This document shows, piece after piece, positions 16,955 through 33,655 of a stretch of DNA of 64,000 nt (the first letter of the stretch is position 1; every line of letters begins with the position of its first letter). Below the pieces are notes generated by a model. That model did no database searches and was not told the origin of the DNA. It was given only the letters and a program-made list of their open reading frames with translations. This DNA is from the human T2T-CHM13v2.0 reference genome, Homo sapiens, in NCBI RefSeq assembly GCF_009914755.1, contig NC_060932.1; one strand, written 5' to 3'. Both the position numbers and the translations under genes were made by a program.

Positions 16955-17050
16955 CATATGTATATGCATGCATAGGGGTGTGTGTGTGTGTGTGTACACA
17001 CACATATATACATACACGCACACATGCTTATACCTATACAGACATATATA
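16955..17050. repeat. Compound (TG)n/(CA)n/(TA)n microsatellite
   Basis: gtgtgtgtgtgtgtgtgtacacacacatatata. Confidence 0.85.
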
Positions 17051-18168
17051 AAATAAAGTTTTCTCTAGCCCTTTCTACTTGAAGGGAAAGCTATGTGTGT
17101 GGCTGGAGTGACTAAACATTTAGGTTTACCCAGAATCATGCTTGTTTATACCTGCTTTTCTGTAATTACAGCAATTACAAATAACATCCTCTTGCTCTCT
17201 CAAAAGTATTCCAGTATATTTATGACTACCATTCTGCTAGGTTGTAATGTCTTTTTCACTTCAAGAATGAACCCATATTGTTCCTGGAATCCCAGCTTCT
17301 TCTTTGCTTCCCGTACCCCTCTCCTGTCATCATCTTTTGCAGAAGACCAAATTTCTAGTCACCCTCTCAGAGAGACCGAGTCAGCCCTGTGGCACAGTGG
17401 TCTTTCTTGGAAGTGACATGCCAAAGTTATAAATGTGAAGGCCTTCCAGTGGCTTTTTTAGTGAACTGTGGTGTCTTTGTGACACATACACTTCTACTAT
17501 ACTATAATTGTATGAAAATTAGTAATCTATGTAGTAACTCTATGTTGACAGAATTTTTATTATCGATAATAGATGTATACATTCATAAAATACACATAAC
17601 ATAAACACCCATTACATACTATACATGTGATATAAACCCTGACCATATCCCATAAAAATGGAGTTTACCATGGTTCCCTGGTTTGGAAAATTTGTACTCT
17701 CTGGATATGTAAAAACGAAAATAAGCTTTTCAATAGTGTTTTTATAATTCACAATTCTCAAATAGTAAGTTAGAAAACTTATCACAAAGACTGAACTTTC
17801 AGTTCTCCAACACCTGCCCGGTGGTTGCATTCCAAATCTCACGCTACTTCTCTGATTGTTCCATCAACTTAACAAAAGAGCATAGCCTGATTTTACTCCA
17901 GTAGGACCATAAGAAATGAATGCACCCAGAGTGCTGTGATCATTATGATGGTTTCATTGAGCTGTAATCCATGTACTTGGATACTACTTCTATTTATTTT
18001 TTAAAAATGTGTTTGTGTCACTTTGCCAAAGGATTGGAGTATTACACTAATGTCATTTTGGCATTCACTATTACCTAGGGCAACTTTTGTTTTACCGTCT
18101 CTTTTTCAAGTCATAATTTTATACTTATCCATTTATTTATGATTAATCATTTTACGTGAAAAAAATAA

Positions 18169-18411
<243 letters not shown>

Positions 18412-20324
18412 TAAACTATCCACAAGATTGGCTTTCTATGTTCTCACAATGTTAGCATGAGAAATGTTAAGGTAATTTTAAACTCTAGGCAAGGAAAAGA
18501 CTCTCAAGGAACGCTGCCTTTGTGTAGTGATTTCCCTCATTAGGATGAAAGGCAATCAGGCTTTGATGAAAGTATCATCAAGAAAATCAGAATTCTCTGC
18601 TCTCTTATGATAATTTTTGTCCTCCCAGTTCCCCCGGACCCAACCAAGGACTTGTCCACATAATCAAATGTTCATCTTGTACTGTTTTACTTTTCACTGG
18701 GACAAAAGTATATTTTGTCTGTGGCTTCAGATTTAGGCACAAGCATAAGAGCAAATAAATATGATAATTAAAGTTTGAAAAACCACATTCCTTGCTTTTA
18801 CTCCTGTCTGACCAAGCTTAGTATACGTGACAAGGACACCTTCCCTATCACGGCAAGCATCCACAAAAGTCTCTAATGCTATCAATTCTAGGATTTTCAA
18901 ATCAGTTCAGAGAAACTGAAATCAACATGTCCCATAGTTCTTTGACCAGTGGGTTCTAGTTTTGACTTAAAAATTCACAAAGATTTTGTGATAGCTGACT
19001 TAAGTTTAAATTTTTTTCAAATCATAAGAATGAAGGGGAAAATATCTTCGAATTTAGCATGCTTATTTGCCAAAATATCCCCTTCCCTTCCAGCCATACC
19101 CATCTCTTCTTCATTTATCTAGAAGAAGCCGAGAATCTGCTCTATCTAGCAACCTCTCCCAACAGGCTAGATCACTTGGTAGAAATCGGAAGGAGAGAAC
19201 TTGATTTAATGTTGGCATATTGCTGTCTTTATGCTTGGCCTGATTTGAGCACAAGGGACTTGATGGGAGATAAGATTAAGTCCAGCTCCTTTATACCCTT
19301 CAGAAAACAATGAATGCAAATGAATTCATAAACATTGCTAATAGGCTTCCAAACTCATGAAAGTTAAAAGTTAGCAGAGACCTTGGAGGCAAATTTGAGC
19401 AATGTCCTCATTTGCAAAGATGAGAAAAAAGCATTCTAGAGTGGCTCAACCACTCATCCTAGGTCATATCCCCAGCTGTGGATACAATCATTGCAAGCAA
19501 ATGGTGCAGACCACGTGCACTAATTGTCACTGCTCTCCTTTGCTGTCTGTAGGGATGCTTTTTCATGCTCCTTGTTCAAGTTATTAACCTTTCTTTCCCT
19601 GCTGTCCTAAAGAGAGCAAAGTAATCAAGATTCTCTCCAAATACTAAATCAGCGTAACTTGTTCATTATCACAGCTGATTAAGTGTCAAAGACAACTGTG
19701 TCTGAAAAGAATATATATCTTTTTTTAGTGAGGAAAAGAATGAAACAGACACTCCCTTGGAAGAGGAAGGGGATAGCCTGTAGACTTGCCCTAACAATGA
19801 CATGCGGCACACACCATCCCTCTGATACTGCTTTTGCAGCTGTTCTGGTCCTTAAATCCACAACATGTGATTAGCCATGCCTGGAAGCCTTCAACATTTG
19901 CAAATATTGCCTAAACACTTTCTGAATAAAGTTTATACTGGAGCTCCAAGCCAATGACACACACTTAAAAGAAGCAGGTGGTTTAAGTTTTCATCTTTTC
20001 TTTCCTTTTCATTCCATTTCCTCCCTCCCTCTTACAGACCTGCATCAGCCCCCCCTGACTGTGGGTTAAGTCATTTTATTAGCAAGTCAGCCTCTAATCC
20101 CAGCAGCTGTATTGCTTTAGTTGTGCAATTAACACAGTATAATCTGCAGGAAATCAACTGCTCCCTATTCAAGTGTTTCAAGTAAATTAACTGATCAAAT
20201 GTTGCAGCTTTTCCCTGTGCTCCTGGATTTTGGCCATGGCTTTGATTACTGATTATTGTAATTCCCACAGGTGGATTTTTCGTTTGAAGAAAATATCTTT
20301 TCTTGTGTTTATGTATTCATGGGC

Positions 20325-20362
20325 GTGTGTGTGTGAGCGTGTGTGTATGTATGTGTGTGTGT
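20325..20362. repeat. Interrupted (TG)n microsatellite
   Basis: gtgtgtgtgtgagcgtgtgtgtatgtatgtgtgtgtgt. Confidence 0.85.
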
Positions 20363-20772
20363 TCTGCAACTGTAAATTTGAAGTGGGCGTGGGTGTTTCC
20401 TGCCCTTAAAGTAATTAAATTTTTTGCCAAGGAATTACATCAATGAAACCTGAGACTGAAATATGTATCCGGTGTTTCATGTGTTCTAGTACTTTTATCG
20501 CCAGATTAATCATTATCTTGGGCAAACACGACTTGACTTTTTTTTTCCCCATTGCTAAGTTGTGTATTACTTAAAATCCATTTTTCGTATGTTACCAAGC
20601 TAGCAACCCTAGAAAACAACTGGCAGCTGATTTTCTCTATTATCGAAAATGTTCGGCTGCCTTGGGAGGTGCAGCCTTCCTTCCTGCTGTAGACCTTGCC
20701 ACTTCGTGCAGTGAATTGCTTCTGAGGAAAGCAGTTATTCAAATGCGATCTGATGAATGTCACCTTTTGTAA

Positions 20773-20973
<201 letters not shown>

Positions 20974-21937
20974 TAAGTAACAAACTCAACTCTGCGACCT
21001 GCCGAACATGCCTTTCCCTTTTCTCCTCATCCCACTCCTCTCCTTTACCCCGTTTCCTTCCACCCTGCGTATCCACAAGGCTTTCTTCATGAAAGGATAA
21101 CTTAAGAGCAGACCACGGAACAGGCAGAGCCGCTGAGCCTGAAAGAAAGCGCCTTATCTGGGTGGTTTGAGGAGGAATCAAATTTCCAGCATTTACAAGT
21201 AGCTAAATAGAAAGGAAGAGATGCACATAGAGTGAATGGGGGCAAGTTTTACAAGAGTTTCCTTTCGTTGTCTTAAATAATATTCGTGTGTCTGATCTAA
21301 TAATGATGATGATCAAATAGTATGCTTTTCATAGCTGCACAGTGGGGACCTCTGGTCTGGTTATAGAAACATGGATTTATTTTCCAGGCGAATACCGTAG
21401 CAGCTTTGCTGCAGACGTGCAATTAGAATTCCTGCAGAAGGCAGCTTGAGTGGCTTGCCCAAGAGGGCTTCTCAGGTCACAGCTTTAAAATAACCTGATT
21501 TTTTTTTTTTAAAGAGGCAGGAGTCTTGGAGATGGGGGGTGGGAAGGCACAAGGGAGAGGGCTGATGGCGTGGAGGGATGAGACAGAACAAAGAGCTGTC
21601 GTGTGCCCACAATTCTCACCAGCCAAAGGTGGAAAAATCTAGATGCTTTGGCAGCAAAGAACATGATTTTGTTGTTCACTCAGTTGACACCATTTCTTCC
21701 TAAGCTTTGCCATCAATATCCAGTCTTCCACACAGAGCAGTGGAGTTGGCTCTGTGTCTGCTGAAAGCCTGACCATTAGGGAGACAGGGAACAGAAAATT
21801 GGTATCTGTTTCCTATATTGTGAAACCTCCAAAATTGGTTCTTAATCTATTTGTACTTAAATATCATCTCTTTTCATCCACACTGGTTATTAGCCAAGAT
21901 TCCAGGCAGAAAGAACCTTACGAAAATAGGTAAGTAA

Positions 21938-22294
<357 letters not shown>

Positions 22295-23102
22295 TTATAA
22301 AATATTTTTATTTGTACCTTAATGTAACTGATTGACTTATGACTCCTGGTCAGTGGTACACAGATCATCTCTATGATATCATGTGACTTAGACCAGAAAG
22401 AAGGAGGCCAGAGCTGACTCAGGACAAGAACTAACAATATGAAGCCAGGGTGGGTTACCTACTGAGCATGCCCAGGAACTCAGAGGATGGAAGTGTTTTA
22501 ATGCATAAAATATCATCGACAAATCATGAAGGTTGCCCCAGCACCTGGGAATATAGCTGGGATAAGCCATTATGTTTTGGAGTCAACTCCATGGGTGGAT
22601 ATTTAAGCTTCTGAAGATCTTCCCCTATATACAACTCTGCGAGTAAATTCATGAATGAAGCCCATGTGTGACAAGTGGCTCTCCATTATAGCTCACTTAC
22701 AAATTTAGTAGCCAACTGATTCAATGAAAGGAAAAAGTCCTGCGGGCTTTTTCAATACCCCTGAACCCCCCTGTTCCCATTTCTGTTGAATCAGAAATCA
22801 CTTTACCTATCTTTGTTGCATTAGCAGAAACCCAGTCTAAGGTGACTTCCTATAACTGTAAACTTTACAGATGTTCCCTCAAGCTGGAGGAGAAGGGGTT
22901 GACAAAACAGAGTGTTTTGTGGCTCCTTAAAAGTCAGCCTGCCTTTGAAGCTTTGAGGCAAGGTCCTAAGCCTGCAGGAAAATCAGCCTCAGGTCAAGAG
23001 TTTATAAGAGCTCAGTTGCATGGAATCAGTACTGCATGAGGGGAGGAGCCTGCAGAGTTCTCAGGGTCTCAGCAATAGCTTTTTGAAAAACATCTCTGTG
23101 CT

Positions 23103-23785
<683 letters not shown>

Positions 23786-24314
23786 TAGGGGCAGGATGGG
23801 CAAGTGTCCCAATGGCAATATCACCAATAGGGCCAGAAGTGACAAGCACAGAGCAGACGTTCGCAGGGCTGTGGAGCGGGGAGGGAGAAGCCTTCATATC
23901 TTTAAAGGAAACCAGGAAAACTTCATGGACCAAGGCTTCAAAGTGGGCCTCAAAAGATGGGTAAAATTTCTGCAGATAATTGTTTAGAGATTGGGTTTCA
24001 GGAAGAGAATATGGCAAGGACACGTGGTCACTGTATAAGGGAGGCAATCTAAGATGTGTCCTAGAAACTGGAGAATGGGCTACAAAGAAAGCAGCACTAA
24101 GGAACAATGCTGCAGAGGGAAACTGTTGCAGAATATTGAGGGTGTCAGTGAGTTTGTATGTAACTGCAAGCAGAGAGTCACTGGAGGTTGGGTAGTAACA
24201 AAATAGGAGGTGGCTCAGACATTTCCACATGCAAATAGATTCAGTAGTTCCTTTTTAGTTCAAATGAACCTTCTATTGCCCTTATTAGTGATTCTATAAA
24301 GTAAAATCTACACA

Positions 24315-24548
24315 GTGCAGAGGGTGGCCTTAGAGGCTAACGAGCCTGGTTTCCTGCCTCAGCTGCCCTCACTGAGTGTAGGGGTGCTTTCTTTAATCTC
24401 TGGAAACCTCCACTGTCTCATCTGTAAAATGGAGATAATACTAACACCTTGATGTGATGTCATGAAGAGAAATTAAGAGAGGCAGTGTAAGTAAAGTCCC
24501 CACATAGAGCCTGGGACATACAAGCCACTTCATAAGTGTCAATTCTTA
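24315..24548 (+). mobile_element. MIR SINE
   Basis: CTCATCTGTAAAATGGAGATAATA core. Confidence 0.72.
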
Positions 24549-25841
24549 TTGAACCTTTTTATTAAGAAACTAACAATATTCTATCATTCTGGACCTACAA
24601 AAGGGCAATTTCATGTGGCTCAACTTAAGGTTTAGGGGAAGCAGTGAGAGAAATGACAACTTGATGCTTGTCCATTGTGACATGACAGACCTCTTGACAA
24701 GCTAAGACTCCCATTGTGATGAGCCTCTCACACCTGGCCATTCCAATGGAACAGACAGGGTAAGGACCAATCTGGACTGTGTTATCTTTTCCAGGTGCAA
24801 GTATGTGCTATGGGTAAGTGCCAGTTTGGAGAACTCCCTTAGCCACAGGAAATGAAAATTCATGTGGTTGTTTGAAGGATTCAGCTTCTCTTTGCTGCTA
24901 ATCCTTGGGTTTTGTGCACCTAGAATGTGGTCTCCTGCAGGCCCTGAAAGCCTTGAATTCCTGGCATCTTTGCTGTGAAGGTCTCCCTGGCTGCTGCTGG
25001 AGGAAGGGGCTGGAAGGAGTGAGTGTGTGCACAGGTTCAGAGTTCAGTCTTCAGACAAAAGGAGTGAGATAAATTGAAGACAAGCTGCCGATGGTAGTGC
25101 ATGGAACTGCTCAATGACCAGCTTCCTTAGCGAAAACATTAGCAACACATTCAGGCAAAGGGATGCGAGAAGTTAAGTACTTTGCAGAAATATTTGACAG
25201 GCCCTGCAAACACTGAGCAAGAAACCATAGGTTCTCCCCAATTGCAGGGATGCAAGTAACGTGAACACTTTCCTTTCGGTCTTCTTCCTTGGTGGTCAGG
25301 CATCATCTGGATCACTTTCATCTGGCATCGGGTTATAACTACCTGACCCTCTCAGACTGGGGTGAATGTATCATCTTTCCAAGGTGTTTGCCGTTCCCAA
25401 CAAAGAGAGGAAGCCAGTTCGCTATTGGCCTGTTAGCTTTACAAACGGATGGTAGAGCTTATGCTTACCAAGGAAGAGTGAAAGGGGATTATCGACCACT
25501 TGTTGACAGGGAAAATAGTTTAATCAAACTGTAACTCAGCTACTCATGGCCACTGAGAAATCTGAGAAAGCCTCTGTCATAATAACACACATAATAATCC
25601 TAGTATTAGAAAGCCCTGCGCTCTGGCTAAGACTCTACTATACTTTTCAGTAACTTATTTCCCCAGAATCTCCATAGGGATGCAATTCCTTCACCCCTGC
25701 TTTAAGTTACTTCTCTCTCCTCGCCTCAGTGATGTCATCATATACACCTGTGGACAAAAGCCGTGACAGGGAAGGAGATGCCATTTACGTCCCTGGTGAT
25801 TCTATAGGAAACTAAGGGACCTCCTTATCACCCTTCTATGA

Positions 25842-26180
<339 letters not shown>

Positions 26181-29100
26181 TGTTATTCCAATTTAACAGT
26201 TCTTTCTTCCCATACCTGTAAATGTGTGTGACTGTGTGTGTGTGCATGTACACTCACACACAAATACACAAGTTCAAGTGAAATCTAAATGCTTGGTAAA
26301 ACAGTCCATGTGCACTAATTTGCAAGAGTTGTTGTGAGGGTAGAGCTTTTGAATAAACATAGGATGTCAAAGGAAAAACTCCCTCTGTGTAAGCCACAGG
26401 ACAAAGGTTTTGAAACACCTTTGTTATCTAAAGCTGGAAAGAAATGTCTTGCCTTAAAAGAATTTGCACATTCGTACCTCTTTCCACAAATACGTGAAAG
26501 GACGTGCTTTTGAAGATAAGAAAAGTTTAAATTCTACAAAAAAAAAAAATCTGATTTGGGCAGAACTCATTGCTCCCTTTTCTCTGTTTCTACCTTGTTC
26601 TTCTCTGGGTGGATCATTTACTACTTATACTGTCAGTGTTGGTGTTGCTTGTTTACTTAGATCCCTGAAGTCGAGTTGCACAACTCCAGGGGGCATTCAG
26701 ATAAAATATCATGTGAATGATGCCCTGGAGTTTTGCAGGTAGCTTTGTCCTGAAGACAGGGACAAAAATGTTTCATCTCTTTACCTCCCAGTGCCTGGTG
26801 GACATGCCTTCGGACCAAGTAGTTGCACAATTCATTGTTGCTTAGCAAATGAACAAATATGTTCACCTCACTAAATAGCTGACATGAAAACATTTTAAAA
26901 ATAGTATCAAGATATTTAAACAGTCGATTTTATGAATTTAAAAGACACCTAGAGATACTACAATTCCGTAGTTTTTTAGATTAAAAAACAAAGACCCAAA
27001 GTCTATATTTTTTAAAGGAAGGCCCAGATGGTTTTGTGAAGGTCATGTGAGTATTTAGGGACAAAACTAGAGCTGAAACTCAATTCTCTTGGCCCCAGGT
27101 GATCTTCTCACTCCACCAGACTTACTCAGTTCACATCACAGTCACAATTCAGATTAGAGCTATGAACAATTCTATCCATTTGCACAATTCTAACTGGTGT
27201 TTCTAACTTCATTAAAAGACTCTGAATTATTTTTCTTATATACCTCTAATCAAGATCATTTGGTATTATCCTGCATATGTTCAAATGTTACCTATCTACA
27301 GATATTTGAACTTAGGTGGGGAATATCTCCACAAAGTCCATTAAGTAAGTTCAGTTTTAGTGAAAACTGAGATGGTGCAGCTTGAGAGATTAAGTGTAGA
27401 ATTTCCAATGTAATGCTTTGAATGTGTACCTTAAATCTGTATCACTGGCTTATTCTGGGAATTGAAGTCTTATTTCATTTCTCAGAGAATGATGGTTCTG
27501 CTACCAGTAATCTTTAAGGGTTAGATCATTCGGATTTTTTGTTTGTTTGAGACTAAATAAATGAAGAAAACACATGTTAGATACAAAACACTAGAAATAT
27601 ATTAATTTTCACTGGAGCGACACCAAAGGCCATCGACATTAAAAATGAACTCCTAAGTTCTTTGCAATTCCCCAGGTATAGATTTAATATACAACACATG
27701 CATCTCTTGAAACTCTTTCTTTGCTAGTAAGAATTATTCTCCTGAAATACCCACCTGTCAAAAAGAAAGGTAACATTATTGATTTTTAGAATTCTTATTT
27801 CTGTCGTGTCAGTAAGCAATACCGGAAAGAAAATCAAACACTCAGGAGAATTGGCATGATGGTGAAGGTTGAGCTTACAAGTACAGTGGACTCAAGTATC
27901 CATGATCCAGCGCACTGAGCAATAAATCCAAATGAGCAGTGACCACAGGAAAACAATATGCAGGGAGGCCTCGCTGGGAAAAGCTAAACTTTTATATATG
28001 GGAATAGTCTATGGAGGATTACAGGGATGTTTTCTTGGGGGTATAAGGTCTGGAGTGTGCAGTACTGGGTGAAGCCCTTATCTAACAGGCAACAGAAAGG
28101 TCTTCCCAGGTTAGGCACACGTGACTCTACCTCCAACACAGAATTTTTTTTTTTAAGAAAGCAACAGAAATTTGCAAATGATAGTCTGGTCTTTTGTCCT
28201 CTCAATTTTAAAGCAAATAACCAGTATTGTGTTATCTACCTTTTCATGGATGCATCCAGTGTGCCTAGAAGGGCCAGACTTTATTCTGTATTTGCAACAA
28301 AAGTAGACCCAGCAACTGATGGGAAGATATCTGATTGGGAAGCAGAAGCAGCTGGTATTTTAAATCAGGATGAAAGCTAAGATTTTAGGACTCACTTTTG
28401 ATAGGAAGAAAGGATATATCAATTTTCCTTTTAATGAGTGGGATTTTTGAGGTACTTTGTGGGGCCTCTGGTTCAAGACTGTGGCCAGTGTGGTGTTGTA
28501 GGAGGGGCACTGATGGAGAGCTATCCCGGTGCATTATTTCTGAGCCACCTCTGTGCACTTTACTTCCTCATTTGTAACATGGGACTAATGTGCCCTGCTG
28601 AGTCCTCAGAGTTGCTGCAACAATCAAATGAGCTATTAAGGGATAAGCTCTTTTCCAGCTACCTATGAGAATGGGTATGATATGGTCCCAGAATTTGCTC
28701 TCTAGAGCCACAGAAATCTCTTAACCCCTACAAGAACTCTTTAAAGTTGTTATCCCCATTATATAGATGAGGAAACTGAGACTTAGACAAAAAGTTGTCC
28801 AAGATCACATAATATTAAGGAACAGAGCTGGGATGAATATTTGAGTCTAATTCCAAAACATTCTGGAATAACTCAATATGTGGTTTTCCATTTCTCCCAA
28901 AAACAGGTACCTGCTTTTTTCAGTGGCTTGTGTTCCAGCTGACAGCTCCAGGGCCTGTTTGAATAATTCGAAGACAATCCTTAGTTAGGAAAGCAAGCTT
29001 TAATTATCACTGGGGAACAGAAGGCCGCATCTTCGAGGAATTTGGCAGACCTCAGCAGGGGGCAACCACAGGCCTTTGGCAAAAGATCACTTTTCAACAA

Positions 29101-30196
29101 CATTGTCAATTCCAGTGACCCCCGACCTTCCACCTGCAGGTCCCTGAACAGCTGCTGTTCTGTGGGAAGCAGTGGCAGTCTGTCTTCCTTTAAAAGGCAC
29201 ATGCACACTCTGTCCCTGCTGCCTGCTGAGATCCCACCTGGGACCTCATCCCCAGAGCTGGGGGTCATCTCCCATATCAAGAAATTAAGAAAAATAAGGG
29301 GGGGCAGGAAAGGACAGCTTTGACAACAGTCCCTGAACTTTCCCTTTTAATATAAGCCAGATTTAACGTATGTCATTCTGTAAATCCGGGAGTCCAATTT
29401 GAGGCTTGTAATTTGCTGCAAGCTTCCCTGTTCCTCCAAGTGGGGTGGAGCTATGCCAAGCACATCAAGGTAACTGGTGGAAGATATAATTTCCCCACTG
29501 TGAGCCTGCATTTCAGTTCCCTATTGTAATTTTTATTTGTGTTGAGGTTTTGTGGTTTTAAAAAAGTCAACCAGATTTATTTTTAAATTAACCCAGCCCA
29601 ACATCAAAGGCAATAAGTAGAGGATGTTTAGGTATTATAAAGAAACCCTGTGTAATCTGTTATAGCTGTATTCTTTCTCAGGGCATGTAATGGTAAATGG
29701 TTAGGGGCCTTTCACAACCAACTTTCTATATTTCTCTGACCTCGGACTACCCTCATGGGCAAAAAACCCTTTTTGAGGGGATTTAGTAGCCCCTCTCTCC
29801 TCCTCCTCAACCTCTTAATCTAATCCTGTTTGTAACGCAACATGCTGCATGAAGAATACGAAACATGGGCTTAAGTCCCTCCCCACTTCCCTTATGACTG
29901 TGGTTTACTTTTAGATATGAAGAACTCTTTCAGGCCAAAAAAAAAAAAAAGGGGGGGACCATTTGGTTAACGAACCATTTTCTTTGGTAGGCAGGAGAAA
30001 GTTTATATTGAAAGTTTATCTTAAGGATGACAGGTCATACCTGAAGGGTTTGTTTTGGAATACTATGGATTTTTTCTAACCCAAATAATTACAAGAGAGT
30101 TCCTTGTTTATTGGCTCATGGAGGAAATTCAAGCGCCTCTGTTCTAGGCATTTTAAGTGCTCTGTATATATGGTGGTTGTTCCTCAAAACAGCTTT

Positions 30197-30518
<322 letters not shown>

Positions 30519-31244
30519 CAAAACAGCTTTTTAAGAAAAGTGCTATTAACCCCATTTACAGATGAGCACATTTGAGCCACACCCTCTTTTCCACACTCTA
30601 AATCTTGTCTCTTTCTTTAAACATGAGTTACTTATACTTCTGAGCATAACTGAGGCACTTTTAGAGACAGTGTCTTCTAAGCTCAATGTGATATTATTTG
30701 TGCTGCTGTGCTGCTACTGGGTAACCAGCACCCATCCTGGTCACCAGGGTAACTTTGTCAACCAAGAAGGCCAAGGATCCCAAACCAGCATTTTCTACTA
30801 TCAAAAGAGAGGTTCTGCAAATCCACTGGCAGGAGAGAAAATATAATAGCAGGTGGCATTTATATGACCCAGTGTGCATGGCAGTGTCCCAGGGTATCAC
30901 CGTGAATCTCAGAAACTCCAGGCTTTCCCCATGGGAAATCCACACCACCACAGATCCAGTGGAGGACTCGGTCAAGACTCCTGAAATCAAAGAACTCACA
31001 GTGACTGATTCTTTCCCTAGTTTTATAATATAAATAATGGCATGGGGTCACATTCAGCCGTCATTATCCACATCATTTCACTGATGGGATCCTCCTCAGA
31101 CAGAGATTGGGAATCAGATTTCTCGGTCACATAAACTGTTGCTCATTCTGTGAGGCTGCCTATTTGTAAAGTTGTGGTTCTTATTAAAAGCAATCTCAGA
31201 CGTAGCAAGCACCCCTCACTTCCCTTCTCATTCATTTTGTTAAA

Positions 31245-31485
31245 GCAAATGGGCTTTGGAATTCAGGCCTGTTTCTACCACTTACTAATGTTGTTAATTT
31301 GGAGGAGTTCCTCAACTTTGCCAAGGCTTGATTTTCTCTGCTGTAAAGAGGGAATAATAAACCTATTTAACAGAGCAGCTGAGACAATTAGGTGAGTTAA
31401 TGTATATAAAATGGTTTGCATAATACCCAACACATATTAAACTCTCACTCGGTTTTTAATATTAACCTCTATGTGCTTAATAACA
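31245..31485 (+). mobile_element. MIR SINE
   Basis: GGCTTTGGAATTCAGGCC...CTACCACTTACTA...GTGAGTTAATGTATATAAA; interrupted. Confidence 0.62.
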
Positions 31486-32406
31486 TTGAAGAAGAAGATT
31501 CAAGTAGATTATAGTCTGTTAAAGAGTTCAAATATAAATAAATAATTCTCAGGGTGAGAATTGCCATAGCATAGATATGTTACGTACCCATGGCAGAGCG
31601 TGAGGTGGCAGCATCTAATGGTTGAGGGAGTTGGGTGAGACATCAAGAGAAGGTGACATATTTTTTTGAGTACCCAGTGGAAGGCATGGGATACCATGTG
31701 GATCTCTGCAGTAGATTAAATATAGACTTGAACTAACCTATCCTGGAACAATAGGACAATATCCTTGTGGCTTACAGAAATTATTCCCTGCACCTATATT
31801 GATTTGTTTATTAAACGAATAGCTTTATTGGTAAACATGTATATTGCGGAAGTAGACTTGGTTATCATTCCCACAAGTCCAGTTAAAGTAATGGCATCTA
31901 TATAAAAAACTCATAAAAACTAGATATGTAAGTAATCAATAAAATACTCTTCTCAAGTATTCAGGAGAAAAAATGTGTTGAAATGATGATTCATCATTCC
32001 ACATAACGTATTTGTGACTACATTTAATAGCCTCATTAGCAATAAAATTTTTATGAGTTAACATCATATGAGAATATTCCCTTGTACCTTACCGAGACTT
32101 TATCTGTAGATTTGTAACATAACCATAATCATCTTGGTATGTTTCTTACACATTTTATTCAGTGAACCCAAATGAACTTCTAATTACATGTTCAGCTGCC
32201 AGTCATGGTTTTATATGTTTGAATATATATACCTTCAGAGGATATTTGCTCTTTGGGGTGGTGAAGACTTCATCTTCTTATAAAGGCAAACAGAAGATAG
32301 TTGGAAGAGGAAAATGTTTTGGCAGTGTCTCAATTATCTCTCCTTAATGATTATTTCACAACCTCGAGATATTTTCCTAAAAGACTAAGTAAGAAATATA
32401 TAGTAA

Positions 32407-32589
<183 letters not shown>

Positions 32590-33479
32590 TGAACCTACCT
32601 CAGTGATAGTTTTTGGCCCAGCTTCCTTTGTGTAGACTTATTCTTGCCAATCCTGTTTGGTTTTTTCCCCTTCATTTTCCAGCATCATTTTGAGAGAGAA
32701 AGAAAGAGAGAGAGTATGTGTTTAGTGGCTTAATCATCCCTCCCTTATCTTGTCCTCATTCCATCTACCTCTCCAGGGTTGGTTTCTTATGGAGCCAGTA
32801 AAAAAGAGGAGAGAAAAATCAAATCAGCGTAGATCAGGGGCCACATCCTCAAAGGCAATAAAGAATGATGGAGCTTGTGCTGAACTTGAACTTTAAGTTA
32901 AGGGCCCCATCTAAAGGAACAGCAATTACTCAGCTCCAGCTAAATTTTGCCATGTAGAAATGTGGATCAAGTATCAGCAGGTCTTCTGACTTTTTTAAAG
33001 AAGCCAGAAACACAAAAAATTTTATTTGAAATTTTCTGAACTTTGAAACATAGTATAAGCCAAACAAAACGTGCCTCAGGCTGGATTTAACTGGATCAGG
33101 CTCAGAAGCAGCCTGTTTTTAACCCTTGGTAATTAGATATGTGATGATAATTTTAACAATGGATTTTCAAAGTACAACCTATAAAGTTTGATGGTAGAGG
33201 TTGTTGTGCGGGGTGTTTTTGTTTTTGTTCTACCAAACAAGCAAACAAAAAGCCTAAAAGTAGAATGTGCTAGATTCCAAAAAGTTACATTTCACCTTTA
33301 CCATTGGACCCTTCCCTCCCAGACTGTAAGCAAATAGAAAATGTGGATAATGTTATTAAAGCAACTCTTGCCTTTTAAAAATAACAGGAAAAAGATTTGG
33401 GGGCAATCGTGGCAACACTATTGAGCATCATCTTATACCAGCACAGTTGATTCTGACTTGTTCCTTTGCTGTATTTCAG

Positions 33480-33655
33480 CTGTATAACATGCTCGTGGAG
33501 ACGGGGGAGCTGGAGAATACTTACATCATTTACACCGCCGACCATGGTTACCATATTGGGCAGTTTGGACTGGTCAAGGGGAAATCCATGCCATATGACT
33601 TTGATATTCGTGTGCCTTTTTTTATTCGTGGTCCAAGTGTAGAACCAGGATCAAT
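33480..33655 (+). CDS. SULF1: SULF1 coding exon (about exon 10; aa 296-354) with the metal-binding DH motif
   Basis: atttcag|CTGTAT...TCAAT|gtacgt; 176 nt; [46 protein letters not shown]. Confidence 0.96.

Noticed and set aside
24785-24820. Possible 19-nt microexon (ttttccag ... tgg|gtaagt)
   Set aside because: Very short, frame-shifting and without supporting context
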